Assembly (NCBI GenBank): GCA_020848435.1
Contig: JADLAC010000043.1
Coordinates: forward strand, 64,670-128,669
From: Burkholderiales bacterium
GTDB taxonomy: Bacteria > Pseudomonadota > Gammaproteobacteria > Burkholderiales > WYBJ01
Direction: 5' to 3'
DNA length: 64,000 nt
Shown here piece by piece: positions 29,132 through 38,823 of this stretch (positions within the stretch are counted from its first letter, which is position 1; each line of letters opens with the position of its first letter). Under the pieces are notes generated by a model that ran no database searches, had not been told where the DNA came from, and saw only the letters and a program-made list of their open reading frames with translations. The position numbers and the translations under genes are program-made.

Positions 29132-29881
29132 ATGGATTCGTCGAGCTCCGCAGCCGCGCGCCGCCGCTTCCTGCAAGGCATCGCGGGCGCGGCAGGCAGC
29201 GCCTCGCTGTGCGCGCTGGGGCTGTCGCTGTACGCGCGCCAGACCCGCGCATTGCCGGCTGACGCCCTGCGCCCGCCCGGGGCTCTCGACGAGGATCGGT
29301 TTTCGGCCGCGTGCGTGCGCTGCGGGTTGTGCGTGCGCGCCTGTCCCTACGACACGTTGAAGCTCTCCGAGCCCGGCGACAATGTCGTCACCGGCACCCC
29401 CTACTTCGTTGCCCGCAAGATCCCGTGCGAGATGTGCCCCGACATCCCGTGCGCCAAAGCGTGCCCGACGGGGGCGTTGGACAAGGCGCTGAGCGACATC
29501 GCCGCCGCGCGCATGGGGCTCGCGGTCCTGGTTGACCAGGAGACCTGCCTCAACTACCAGGGGCTGCGCTGCGATGTCTGCTACCGGGTGTGCCCGCTCA
29601 TCGACCGGGCCATCACGCTCGAGCTGCGCCATAACGAGCGCACCGGCAAGCATGCCATGTTCATACCCACGGTCCACGCCGATCAGTGCACCGGCTGCGG
29701 CAAGTGCGAGCGTTCCTGCGTGCTGGACGAGGCTGCCATCAAGGTGCTGCCGCTGGTGCAAGCGCGCGGGGCGCTCGGCGCGCACTATCGTCTCGGCTGG
29801 AAGGAGAAGGAAAAGGCCGGCCGCGCGCTCGGACCCGAGGTGATCGAGCTGCCGGTGCGCCGGCCGGAGGCGGCGCCATGA
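29132..29881 (+). CDS. napG: Ferredoxin-type protein NapG
   Basis: Tat motif RRRFLQG. Four 4Fe-4S motifs ([46 protein letters not shown]). Confidence 0.9.
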   Translation: MDSSSSAAARRRFLQGIAGAAGSASLCALGLSLYARQTRALPADALRPPGALDEDRFSAACVRCGLCVRACPYDTLKLSEPGDNVVTGTPYFVARKIPCEMCPDIPCAKACPTGALDKALSDIAAARMGLAVLVDQETCLNYQGLRCDVCYRVCPLIDRAITLELRHNERTGKHAMFIPTVHADQCTGCGKCERSCVLDEAAIKVLPLVQARGALGAHYRLGWKEKEKAGRALGPEVIELPVRRPEAAP

Positions 29882-30777
29882 GCTCGCGCGTCGCTCGCGC
29901 CGCAGCACCCGCGGTCGCAGCCGAGAGCAGCTCGCCGCTCGCCGCCGCGATCGAGGCGAAGGGCGTGCTCGGCGCGCACCGCTGGCTGATCGCGCGGCGC
30001 TGGTCGCAAGCCGGCATCCTCGCCTTGTTCCTTGCCGGGCCTTGGGCCGGGCTATGGCTGGTGAAGGGCAATCTCTCGTCGAGCCTCACGCTCGAGGTCT
30101 TGCCGCTGACCGATCCTTACCTGCTGCTGCAAAGCCTCGCCGCGGGCCACGTGGCGGGGAGCACCGCGGCTCTCGGCGCGCTCATCGTGGTCGCGTTCTA
30201 TCTCCTGGCGGGCGGGCGCGCCTACTGCGCCTGGGTTTGCCCGGTGAACGTGCTCACGGATACGGCTGCATGGCTGCGCCGCAAGCTCGGCTTGCGCCGA
30301 GGCCGGACCCCGCCGCGCGCGCTGCGCTACTGGCTGCTCGGCGCGACGTTGGCGGCGGCCTTCGCGACCGGCACCATCGCCTGGGAGCTGGTGAACCCGG
30401 TGTCGATGCTGTATCGAGGCATCCTGTTCGGGCTCGGACTCGCGTGGGCGATCCTGGGTGCGGTATTCCTGTTCGACCTGCTGGTCGCGCCGCGCGGCTG
30501 GTGCAGCCACGTCTGCCCGGTGGGCGCGTTCTACGCTCTGCTGGGGCGCTTCGCGCTCGTTCGCGTCTCGGCGCGCCGCAGCGGCGCCTGCGACGATTGC
30601 GCCGACTGCTACCGCGTCTGCCCGGAGCCGCACGTCATCGTGCCGGCCTTGAAGGGCGCGGCGAGCCCCGTCATACGCTCGGGCGATTGCACCAATTGCG
30701 GCCGCTGCATCGACGCATGCAGCAAGGACGTTTTCCGCTTCACCATCCGATTCGATCAGAGGAGAGACCCGTCATGA
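29878..30777 (+). CDS. napH: Quinol dehydrogenase membrane component NapH
   Basis: ATGA overlap with napG. Four TM helices with CxxC(P) motifs (CAWVCPV, CSHVCPV). C-terminal ferredoxin motifs [12 protein letters not shown] and [11 protein letters not shown]. Confidence 0.9.
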   Translation: MSSRVARAAAPAVAAESSSPLAAAIEAKGVLGAHRWLIARRWSQAGILALFLAGPWAGLWLVKGNLSSSLTLEVLPLTDPYLLLQSLAAGHVAGSTAALGALIVVAFYLLAGGRAYCAWVCPVNVLTDTAAWLRRKLGLRRGRTPPRALRYWLLGATLAAAFATGTIAWELVNPVSMLYRGILFGLGLAWAILGAVFLFDLLVAPRGWCSHVCPVGAFYALLGRFALVRVSARRSGACDDCADCYRVCPEPHVIVPALKGAASPVIRSGDCTNCGRCIDACSKDVFRFTIRFDQRRDPS

Positions 30778-31217
30778 ACCTGCTCCGTATTGCAACGGCC
30801 TTGTCTGTTGCCCTCGCCTGCGGCCAGGCCTACGGCGCGGAGGACAGTGTCAAGTTGAAATCGTTGCGCGATACGCCGATCGAGGCGACATCGCGCGCCG
30901 ATTCGTTTCGCAATCTGCGCGACCGCGAGCCCTTCGCGCGCGACTTCGTCCACCAGCCGCCGCTCATCCCGCATGCGGTGCGCGGCTACAACGTGACCGT
31001 GAACTTCAACAAGTGCATGGATTGCCATAGCTGGTCCAAGGCCAAGGAAGCCGGCGCGACCAAGGTGAGCCTCACGCACTTCAAGGACCGCGACGGCCGC
31101 GATCTCAGCAACATCTCGCCGCGGCGCTACTTCTGCCTGCAATGCCACGTGCCGCAGACCGACGCCCAGCCGCTGGTGAGCAACACCTTCAAACCGGTGG
31201 ACGCACTGCAACGCTGA
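30774..31217 (+). CDS. napB: Dihaem cytochrome c NapB
   Basis: Signal peptide and two CxxCH motifs (CMDCH, CLQCH). ATGA overlap with napH. 147 aa. Confidence 0.9.
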   Translation: MNLLRIATALSVALACGQAYGAEDSVKLKSLRDTPIEATSRADSFRNLRDREPFARDFVHQPPLIPHAVRGYNVTVNFNKCMDCHSWSKAKEAGATKVSLTHFKDRDGRDLSNISPRRYFCLQCHVPQTDAQPLVSNTFKPVDALQR

Positions 31218-31249
31218 AACAGCTCGGCCACGCCGACAGGGAAACGACG

Positions 31250-31843
31250 ATGAGCGAGAACAAACCAAGCTTGATGCAGCGGCTGCGGCGCGCCGGTCCC
31301 TGGACCGTGCTGGTCGTATTCGCCGCCGGCATACTGTTCTGGGGCGGGTTCAACTGGGCGCTCGACCTGACCAACACCGAGCCGTTCTGCATCTCCTGCC
31401 ACGAGATGCGCGACAACGTGTTCAAGGAGTACCGCCACAGCATCCACTACGCGAACCGCACCGGCGTGCGCGCCACCTGCCCGGATTGTCACGTGCCGCG
31501 CGACTGGGTGCACAAGGTCGGGCGCAAGATCAAGGCGAGCAACGAGCTATGGCACTGGGCGCTCGGAACCATCGACACGCCGGAGAAATTCAACGCCAAG
31601 CGGCTCAAGCTCGCGCAAAACGAATGGAACCGGATGAAGGACAACGACTCGCGCGAATGTCGCAATTGCCATTCGTTCGATTCCATGGACTACACCGAGC
31701 AGGGCCGCCGCGCGGTGGCCGCGCATACCAAGGGCTTCGCCGCCGGCGAGACCTGCATCGAATGTCACAAGGGGGTGGCGCACACGCTGCCGCCACTGGA
31801 GCAGAACATCGGCGCGCCCAAGGTGTCCGGGCGCGAGCCGTAG
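31250..31843 (+). CDS. napC: Tetrahaem cytochrome c NapC (NapC/NirT family)
   Basis: N-terminal TM anchor and four CxxCH motifs (CISCH, CPDCH, CRNCH, CIECH). 197 aa. Confidence 0.9.
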   Translation: MSENKPSLMQRLRRAGPWTVLVVFAAGILFWGGFNWALDLTNTEPFCISCHEMRDNVFKEYRHSIHYANRTGVRATCPDCHVPRDWVHKVGRKIKASNELWHWALGTIDTPEKFNAKRLKLAQNEWNRMKDNDSRECRNCHSFDSMDYTEQGRRAVAAHTKGFAAGETCIECHKGVAHTLPPLEQNIGAPKVSGREP

Positions 31844-31861
31844 CAGCGCCCTCGTGCCGGC

Positions 31862-32464
31862 TCAGAGCTCGGTCACGTAGCGGGCAAGCGCGGCTTGCTG
31901 CGACTCGACCGGCTCCGCCGAGCCGCTCTGGTCCTTGATCATCTGCCCGAGCGAGGGGAACAGCGCGCGCTCGATGCGATGCTCGCCCGACCACAGGCGC
32001 GAGCGCATGAGCGCCTTCGGGCAATGCAGGTACGCCTCTTCGACGTCGATCTCGACCACGATCCGAGGCGGGTGCCGCTCGTGCGGGAACTGCCGCAACA
32101 GCTCGGGCTCGTCGCGCAAGCGGGCGTCGCCGTTGATTCGCAGCGTCTCGTCCATGCCGGGAATGAAGAAGATCATGCCGCACTTGCCCGTGTCGACGAT
32201 GTTGCCGTAAGAGTCGAGGCGGTTGTTGCCGAGCGCGTCGGGCAGGTGCAGCGTGTTGTCGTCGAGCACCCTGACGAAGCCCGGCGCGCCGCCGCGCGGG
32301 GAAGCATCCACGCGCCCATCCTTGCCGCTGGTGGCAAGCACCAGGAACGGCGACAGCGCGACGAACTTGCGGCAATGCGCATCGAGGCGGTCGAGCTGCT
32401 TGGCCAGGGCGCGCGTCTTGGGCGCGGGATAGAGCGCGCGCAGCGCTGCTTGCGTGTCGATCAT
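31862..32464 (-). CDS. Pyridoxamine 5'-phosphate oxidase (PPOX)-family FMN-binding protein
   Basis: 200 aa. PFLVLATSGKDGRVDASPRGG.PGFV and MIFFIPGMDETLRINGDA are typical of the MSMEG_1061-type PPOX class. Confidence 0.7.
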   Translation of the reverse strand: MIDTQAALRALYPAPKTRALAKQLDRLDAHCRKFVALSPFLVLATSGKDGRVDASPRGGAPGFVRVLDDNTLHLPDALGNNRLDSYGNIVDTGKCGMIFFIPGMDETLRINGDARLRDEPELLRQFPHERHPPRIVVEIDVEEAYLHCPKALMRSRLWSGEHRIERALFPSLGQMIKDQSGSAEPVESQQAALARYVTEL

Positions 32465-32501
32465 GCGATGCTCCTGTTGGACTGACTGCGCGCCATGATA
32501 C

Positions 32502-32586
32502 GGGTCTGAGCAGGGTCGGACCAGGGACGCGGAGCGGGGTCGGCCCCGGACCGGGGTCGGATCGAGGTCGGACCGGGGTCGGATCG
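32502..32586. repeat. Cluster of GGGTCNGA(CC) palindromic units, including a 22-bp-period tandem duplication (GGACCGGGGTCGGATCG x2)
   Basis: Read directly: gggtctga, gggtcggacc, ggggtcggcc, then GGACCGGGGTCGGATCG at 32548-32564 and again at 32570-32586. The cluster is intergenic. Confidence 0.8.
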
Positions 32587-32734
32587 TCTCACTGCCCTAG
32601 GCTCCTAGCCTGTCGGACTTGATTTCGCGCGATGCGTTGTGCCCACAACGCCCGCAGGCAAGGCGCTCGGTGCAGACCAATATCGGGAGTATTGGCAAGC
32701 CGAGCAACGCCGCAGAACAATCACCCCACCGCCC

Positions 32735-33700
32735 TCAGCGCGGATTCACCCGGTTGGGGGGCGTGCCGCCCGTCAGCGCGGCCACCAGGTTGCGCGCCGC
32801 GGTCATCGCCATCGCGAGCCGGGTCGCGTGCGTCGAGCTGCCGATATGCGGTGACAGCACGACGTTCTTCAGCGCGAGGAAGCCGGGATTGAGCCTGGGC
32901 TCATTCTCGAACACGTCCAGCCCGGCCGCCCGAATGGTGCCGCGGCCGAGCGCTTCGATCAGCGCCGCATCGTCCACCACGCCGCCGCGGGCCGCGTTGA
33001 TCAATACCGCGCTCGGTTTCATTTGCGCCAGCTCGGCCGCGCCGATCAGGTGGTGCGTCGCGGGCGAATAAGGCACTTGCAGGACGACGAAGTCCGCTCG
33101 GCCGAGAAGCTCGTCCATGCCGGCGTAGCGCGCGCACAAGGGCGATTCGATCTCGGCCGGGAGCCGCGACCGATTGTGATACAGGACTTGCATTTCGAAG
33201 CCGAGCGCGCGCCGCGCGATCGCCTGGCCGATGCGGCCCATGCCGACGATGCCCAAGGTGGCATGATGAACATCGGCGCCCAGCAACTGCTTGAGATACC
33301 AGCCCGTCCATTCGCCGTTACGCAGATACGCCTCGGCCTCGGTCAGGCGCCGAGCGGTCGCGAGCATGAGCGTCCATACCAGGTCGGCGGTGGTCTCGTC
33401 CAGCACCCTAGGGGTGTTGGTCACCGCGATGCCGCGCGCGCTGCACGCCGGCACATCGATGTTGTTGTAGCCCACCGCGATGTTGCACACCGCCTTCAGG
33501 CGGGGCGCCGCGGCGAGCAGCGCGGCATCGATGCGATCGGTGAGCGCGCACATGACGCCGTCCTTGTCGCGGAGACGCTCCCGCAGCACCTCGGGCGCCA
33601 ACGCGATGTCCGCCTGGTTGGAATCGACCTCCAGCTCCTCGCCCAGGAAGGCGAGCACCTCGGCGAACACTTCGCGGGTCACGAGGATTTTTGGTTTCAT
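32735..33700 (-). CDS. D-isomer-specific 2-hydroxyacid dehydrogenase (glyoxylate/hydroxypyruvate reductase-like)
   Basis: Start at MKPKILVTREV. NAD motif GIVGMGRIGQAIARR. Catalytic region INAARGGVVD...HIGSST. Confidence 0.8.
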   Translation of the reverse strand: MKPKILVTREVFAEVLAFLGEELEVDSNQADIALAPEVLRERLRDKDGVMCALTDRIDAALLAAAPRLKAVCNIAVGYNNIDVPACSARGIAVTNTPRVLDETTADLVWTLMLATARRLTEAEAYLRNGEWTGWYLKQLLGADVHHATLGIVGMGRIGQAIARRALGFEMQVLYHNRSRLPAEIESPLCARYAGMDELLGRADFVVLQVPYSPATHHLIGAAELAQMKPSAVLINAARGGVVDDAALIEALGRGTIRAAGLDVFENEPRLNPGFLALKNVVLSPHIGSSTHATRLAMAMTAARNLVAALTGGTPPNRVNPR

Positions 33701-34190
33701 TGTTGTCTCGGCGCGATGGGACGAGGTTGGCGCAAGAGCGTCTCGGGAGTAAAGCAATCAGCGCATGCCGCAGGTGCAACCCGAAGGGCGGGTCCCGGCC
33801 GAAAGCGCTTCACCAAGTATAACCGCACGGCCGCGGCCGTCGTGCCCCAGCCGGCCCGCGGGAAAGCGTCCGGCACAAGGCGGCACGGTGCAGAAGACCC
33901 CGACGGTGCGTATGCGGTGGTTGCCGCCCATCCGAGGAGACGCTGGGCCTGCGATTTGCCGAGGCCGCCACGCCGCCCGCGCAGCCGAGCGGGGCGCTTG
34001 CCTGCCCTGGCTGGACACATCGGCCCCATCGACTGCGCCCTCGCCATCGTGAAGTTTTTGCTTTTCACGCGAAACTCCCGGTACCATAAGGTGCAGCAGC
34101 ACATCGGCATGCAAGATTGCGCGCAGTTCCATGCCCGGACGCCGATCGCACCGGTCGCACGTCCGGACGGTCACTCAGGAGGAGACCAGG

Positions 34191-35444
34191 ATGTCCGATA
34201 TCCGCACCCCGGCGACGCCGGATTCAGCCCCCGTCATTCCCGAACAACCGAGTGGCCCGACGCGCCGGCGCTTCTTGCGTACGGCGACCCTGGGCGCCGC
34301 CGGAGCCGCAGCCGCCGGCCTGCTCGCTGCGTGCTCCAAAACCCCCGAGCCCGTCGCGGAAAAGAAAGATGCCAAGGCGCCCGACACCGCGGCCGCCCCG
34401 GCCGCCGTGGTCAAGCCCTCGACCGTCGTGCTGAAGATGCAAGGCGCCTGGGGCGCCAAGGACATCTTCAACGAGATGGCCGAGGAGTTCGTCAAGCGCG
34501 TGAATGAAATGACCGAGGGCCGGCTGCGCATCGACTACCTGGTTGCCGGCGCCGTGGTAAAGCCGTTCGAAGTCATGGATGCGGTGAGCAAAGGGGTGCT
34601 GGACGCGGGCCATACCGTACCGGTGTATTGGTACGGCAAGAGCAAGGTCGCCTCGCTGTTCGGCTCCGGTCCGATCACCGGCTGCGATGCGCACCAGACG
34701 CTTGCCTGGATCTACCGCGGTGGCGGCCAGGAGATGTACAACGAGCTGTTGCAGAAGTTGCAGCTCGACGTGGTCGGCTTCTTCGCCATGCCGATGCCGA
34801 CCCAGCCGCTCGGCTGGTTCAAGAACCCGGTCAAGACCGCCAAGGATCTCAACGGCCTGAAGTACCGTACCGTCGGTTTGGCCGCGGACCTCTTCCAGGA
34901 AATGGGCTCCAAGGTGACGCAGCTCCCCGGCGGGGAAATCATCCCCGCGTTGGAAAAGGGCGTGATCGACGCGTTCGAGTTCAACAACCCGACCTCCGAC
35001 ATGCGCTTCGGTGCCCAGGATGCGATCAAGAACTACATGATGGGCAGCTTCCACCAGGCGATGGAGTTCTTCGAGATCATCTTCAACAAGAAGAAGTACG
35101 ACGCGCTGCCGAAGGACCTGCAGGCGATCCTGCGCTACGGCGTCGAAGCCGCCTCGTCGTCGAATTTCTGGACGGCGATGGATAACTACTCGCGCGACTT
35201 GCAGGATCTCGTAAGCAAGCACAAGGTGAACGTGATCCGCACCCCGCGCGGCGTGTTCGAAGCGCAGTTGAAGGCCTGGGATTCGATCACCGAAAAGCTA
35301 TCGTCGGAGGATCCGTTCTTCAAGAAGGTCGCCGAATCGCAGAAGGAATGGGCCAAGCGCGTGGCCTATTACTGGTTCTTCAACGACGCGGAATACCGCA
35401 TGGGCTACGAGCACGTGTTCAAGACCAAGCTGCCGACAGCCTGA
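34191..35444 (+). CDS. TRAP transporter substrate-binding protein (COG4663-type DctP family) with a Tat/lipoprotein-like signal
   Basis: RBS GGAGGAG. RRRFLRTATLGAAGAAAAGLLAAC signal. 417 aa. It is followed by the small and large TRAP permeases. Confidence 0.8.
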   Translation: MSDIRTPATPDSAPVIPEQPSGPTRRRFLRTATLGAAGAAAAGLLAACSKTPEPVAEKKDAKAPDTAAAPAAVVKPSTVVLKMQGAWGAKDIFNEMAEEFVKRVNEMTEGRLRIDYLVAGAVVKPFEVMDAVSKGVLDAGHTVPVYWYGKSKVASLFGSGPITGCDAHQTLAWIYRGGGQEMYNELLQKLQLDVVGFFAMPMPTQPLGWFKNPVKTAKDLNGLKYRTVGLAADLFQEMGSKVTQLPGGEIIPALEKGVIDAFEFNNPTSDMRFGAQDAIKNYMMGSFHQAMEFFEIIFNKKKYDALPKDLQAILRYGVEAASSSNFWTAMDNYSRDLQDLVSKHKVNVIRTPRGVFEAQLKAWDSITEKLSSEDPFFKKVAESQKEWAKRVAYYWFFNDAEYRMGYEHVFKTKLPTA

Positions 35445-35474
35445 GCGCGATGTCGCGGCTTTGACTGCGGTGAA

Positions 35475-35501
35475 GGGCGGCCCACGGGCCGCCCTTTTTT
35501 T
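35475..35501 (+). terminator. Rho-independent terminator/attenuator between the TRAP binding-protein and permease genes
   Basis: GGGCGGCC-cacg-GGCCGCCC is a perfect 8-bp GC stem followed by TTTTTTT, 31 nt after the stop codon. Confidence 0.8.
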
Positions 35502-35518
35502 GCTTCGCGAGGGGTGTC

Positions 35519-36124
35519 ATGGTCAATCGCTTCATCTACGGCATCGACCAGCTCAGCAAGAGCGTTGGCCACGCCTTCGCCTGGTGCATCGTCATCCTGA
35601 CGATCGGCACCTGCTACGAAGTGATCGTCCGCTACGCGCTGAACGCGCCCACATCGTGGGCGTTCGACATGAGCTATCTCATGTACGGTGCGGTGTTCTT
35701 CATGGCCGGCGCCTACACGCTCTCGCGCGGGGGTCACGTGCGTGCCGACATGTTCTATCGGCTATGGCCGGTGCGCGTGCAGGCCGCGGTCGAGGCCGCG
35801 CTCTACGTGCTGTTCTTTTTCCCCGGGGTGACCGCGCTCGTCATCTCGGGCTGGGGCTACGGCACCTCCTCGATGCGGATCTTCGAAGTGAGCGTCAACA
35901 GCCCCGCGGGCGTGCCCATCTGGCCGCTCAAGATGATGATTCCGATCGGCGCCGCGCTGCTCACGCTGCAGGGCCTGGCCGAGGTGCTGCGTTGTTTCCA
36001 GTGCATGAGGGACGGCCGCTGGCCGCCCCGGCTGCATGACGTCGAAGAGCTGGAGAACCAGATCCTGCGCCAAGCGCAGGCAGGCAAGGTCGACGTCCGC
36101 GCCATCACGGGAGAGACCAAGTGA
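35519..36124 (+). CDS. TRAP transporter small permease (DctQ-like)
   Basis: 201 aa with four hydrophobic helices. It overlaps the large permease start by 4 nt. Confidence 0.8.
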   Translation: MVNRFIYGIDQLSKSVGHAFAWCIVILTIGTCYEVIVRYALNAPTSWAFDMSYLMYGAVFFMAGAYTLSRGGHVRADMFYRLWPVRVQAAVEAALYVLFFFPGVTALVISGWGYGTSSMRIFEVSVNSPAGVPIWPLKMMIPIGAALLTLQGLAEVLRCFQCMRDGRWPPRLHDVEELENQILRQAQAGKVDVRAITGETK

Positions 36125-37464
36125 GCGATCCAGTTCTTGCACTGGTCATGCTCGGCATCCTGGTCGCGACCATCATGATCGGCTTTCCGGTTGCCTTCAC
36201 CCTGATGGCGCTAGGCGTGTCGTTCGGCTACTACGCGTATTTCCAGCCCGGCCAGGCGTTCGTCGACAACCGCGTGTTCTACCTGCTGACCCAGAATACG
36301 TTCACGGTCATGAACAACGACGCGCTGGTGTCGATCCCGCTGTTTCTGTTGATGGGCTATCTCATCGAGCGCGCCGGCATCCTGGACAATCTCTTCAAGA
36401 GCCTGCAGATCGCAACCCGCGCCGTCCCCGGTTCGCTCGCGGTCGCAACCCTGGCCACGTGCGCGCTGTTCGCCACGGCGACCGGCATCGTCGGCGCCGT
36501 CGTGACGCTCATGGGGCTGCTCGCGTTCCCGCAGATGATCCGCGCCGGCTACGATCCGCGTCTAGCCGCGGGGGTGGTGTGCGCCGGTGGCTGCCTAGGC
36601 ATCCTCATTCCGCCCTCGATCATGCTGATCGTGTATGCGGCCCAGGCGGGCATTTCGGTGGTGAAGCTCTACGCGGCCGCGTTCATGCCCGGCTTCCTGC
36701 TCGCCGGGATGTACATCGTCTATGTCGTCGTGTACGCCATGGTCAAGCCCAGCGCGGCGCCACGCTACGTCGATCCGCATCGCTACAGCCTGATGGAGGT
36801 GATCGCGCTCCTGATGAAGTCGTTCTTTCCCCTCGCCTTGCTCATCCTGGCCGTGCTGGGGGCGATCATGTTCGGCTTGGCGACCCCGACCGAGGCGGCG
36901 GCTGTCGGTGCCTTGGGCGGCGGCATCCTGGCCGTGGCATATCGCTCGCTCACCTGGGGCCGGCTGCGCGAAGCGGTCTATCTCACCGCGCGCACCTCGG
37001 CGATGGTGTGCTGGCTGTTTGTCGGCTCATCCACGTTCGCTTCCATCTTCGCCTACCTGGGCGGCGAAGGAATCATCAAGGAGTTCGTGTTGCACCTGAA
37101 CATGAACCCCATCACTTTCCTGATCATGTCGCAGCTCATCATCTTCCTGCTCGGCTGGCCGCTCGAGTGGACCGAGATCATCATCATCTTCGTGCCGATC
37201 TTCCTGCCGCTGCTGAAGCACTTCGAGATCGATCCGCTGATGTTCGGCATCCTGGTGGCGCTCAACCTCCAAACCGCGTTCCTGTCGCCGCCGATGGCGA
37301 TGTCGGCGTACTATCTCAAGGGGGTCGCGCCGCCGAGCGTGCTACTCACGCAGATCTTCAGCGGTTGCATGCCGTTCCTGTACGTCGTGCTGATATCGAT
37401 GGTCGTGGTCTACGTGTTTCCCGAAATCGCGATGTGGCTGCCGAATGCCATCTACGGCAAGTGA
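36121..37464 (+). CDS. TRAP transporter large permease (DctM-like)
   Basis: 447 aa, polytopic, with typical DctM segments. Confidence 0.85.
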   Translation: MSDPVLALVMLGILVATIMIGFPVAFTLMALGVSFGYYAYFQPGQAFVDNRVFYLLTQNTFTVMNNDALVSIPLFLLMGYLIERAGILDNLFKSLQIATRAVPGSLAVATLATCALFATATGIVGAVVTLMGLLAFPQMIRAGYDPRLAAGVVCAGGCLGILIPPSIMLIVYAAQAGISVVKLYAAAFMPGFLLAGMYIVYVVVYAMVKPSAAPRYVDPHRYSLMEVIALLMKSFFPLALLILAVLGAIMFGLATPTEAAAVGALGGGILAVAYRSLTWGRLREAVYLTARTSAMVCWLFVGSSTFASIFAYLGGEGIIKEFVLHLNMNPITFLIMSQLIIFLLGWPLEWTEIIIIFVPIFLPLLKHFEIDPLMFGILVALNLQTAFLSPPMAMSAYYLKGVAPPSVLLTQIFSGCMPFLYVVLISMVVVYVFPEIAMWLPNAIYGK

Positions 37465-37467
37465 TCC

Positions 37468-38805
37468 ATGACGCTCGCCGACCTCAACTGGCTTAGCGCG
37501 GCCGATGCCGTGCAAGCGCTGCGCGAAGGCTCGATCAGCGCGCAGATGCTGACCGAAGCTTGCCTCGCGCGGGTACGCGCGGTCGACGACAAGGTGCACG
37601 CCTGGGCCTTCCTCGACCCCGAGCACGCCTTGGCGCAGGCGCGCGCGCTCGACGAGCGCCGCCGCCAGGGCGCACCGGTCGGACCGCTGCACGGCCTGCC
37701 GGTCGGCATCAAGGACATCATCGACACCGCCGACATGCCGACCGAAGACGGCACGGTGCTGCACGCCGGGCGCAGACCCTCGGCCGACGCCGCGGTCGTG
37801 GCGATGCTGCGCTGCGCCGGCGCCGTCATCTTCGGCAAGACGGTCACCACCGAGCTGGCGACCTATGCGCCGGGCAAGACGCGCAATCCGCACAACGAGC
37901 GCCATACCCCAGGGGGCTCGTCGAGCGGCTCCGCGGCGGCGGTGGCGGCCGGCATGGTGCCGCTCGCGCTGGGCACGCAGACCAACGGCTCGGTGATCCG
38001 CCCGGCGGCGTTCTGCGGTGTCGTGGGCTTCAAGCCCACCCATGGGCTGGTGCCGCGCACCGGCATCCTGCGGCAATCGCGCGCGCTCGATACGGTGGGA
38101 GTAATGGCGCGCAGCGTCGCCGATGTCGCCTGCATCACGGAGTGCATCGCCGGCTACGACGCCGGCGATGCCGACACTCGGCCGATCGCGCGGCCGCCGT
38201 TCGTTCGCATTGCCAACGACGAGCCTCCGCTTGCGCCGCGCTTGACGTTCATCCGCACGCCGGTGTGGGATCGCGCCGACGCCGAAACGGTCGCCGCATT
38301 CGAGGAACTGGCGGCCCATCTCGGCGATCGCATCGAACAGCACACGCTGCCAGCAGCATTGGGCCAGGCCTGGGACTGGCAGCGCACCATCATGGAAACC
38401 GATATCGCTTCCAGCATGGCGGCCGAATACGAGCACGGCGCCGAGCGCTTGTCGCAGTCGCTACGCCAGCAGATCGAGCGCGGCCGGCGCGCGCTCGCCG
38501 TGGACTACTTGCACGCGCTCGCGCAGATTCCGCGGTTGAACCAGGGCTTCGACGAAGTGTTCGATCGCGTCGATGCCATCGTCACGCCAGCCGCGCCGGG
38601 GACCGCTCCCGCGGGTCTGGACGCGACCGGGGACCCCGCGTTCTGTACGTTGTGGACGCTGTGCGGCATGCCAGCCATTACGCTGCCCTTGTTGACCGGC
38701 GCGAACGGCCTGCCTATCGGCGTACAGCTGGTCGGCAAGCGCGGCGACGATGCGCGCCTGCTGCGCACCGCGCGCTGGCTGGTCACGTACTTGAGCGGAG
38801 TTTGA
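37468..38805 (+). CDS. Amidase (amidase-signature family, GatA-like)
   Basis: The amidase signature sequence GGSSSGSAAAVAAGMVPLALGTQTNGSVIRPAAFCG is present. The start is 3 nt after the dctM stop. Confidence 0.85.
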   Translation: MTLADLNWLSAADAVQALREGSISAQMLTEACLARVRAVDDKVHAWAFLDPEHALAQARALDERRRQGAPVGPLHGLPVGIKDIIDTADMPTEDGTVLHAGRRPSADAAVVAMLRCAGAVIFGKTVTTELATYAPGKTRNPHNERHTPGGSSSGSAAAVAAGMVPLALGTQTNGSVIRPAAFCGVVGFKPTHGLVPRTGILRQSRALDTVGVMARSVADVACITECIAGYDAGDADTRPIARPPFVRIANDEPPLAPRLTFIRTPVWDRADAETVAAFEELAAHLGDRIEQHTLPAALGQAWDWQRTIMETDIASSMAAEYEHGAERLSQSLRQQIERGRRALAVDYLHALAQIPRLNQGFDEVFDRVDAIVTPAAPGTAPAGLDATGDPAFCTLWTLCGMPAITLPLLTGANGLPIGVQLVGKRGDDARLLRTARWLVTYLSGV

Positions 38806-38823
38806 CGCGAGACGGAGCTTGTC

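Noticed and set aside
26605-29181. 858-aa ORF antisense to napA
   Set aside because: It exactly shadows a gene with unmistakable NapA motifs on the other strand. Its composition is dominated by R/A/G/P/H/D, as expected for antisense frames in high-GC DNA, and it has no recognisable domain.
32502-32586. Possible CRISPR-like array because of the regularly spaced GGGGTCGGA repeats
   Set aside because: The units are only about 10-17 bp with a 22-bp period and no unique spacers, and no cas genes are present. The pattern fits REP-like palindromic units, not CRISPR.
33765-34052. 95-aa ORF in the 490-bp gap between the 2-hydroxyacid dehydrogenase and the TRAP operon
   Set aside because: It is P/R/A-rich with no RBS and no motif. 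The gap is more likely a divergent regulatory region, although its length is not explained.
34049-34068. GTGAA-N10-TTCAC inverted repeat about 125 bp upstream of the TRAP binding-protein gene
   Set aside because: It is only a 5-bp half-site repeat with no adjacent regulator gene to link it to. It may be an operator, but the evidence is too thin to call.
34080-34095. Sigma-54-like GG...GC element (GGTACCATAAGGTGCA) upstream of the TRAP operon
   Set aside because: The GG-to-GC spacing is one base longer than in the TGGCAC-N5-TTGCW consensus, and the flanking bases do not match. No enhancer-binding protein gene is nearby.
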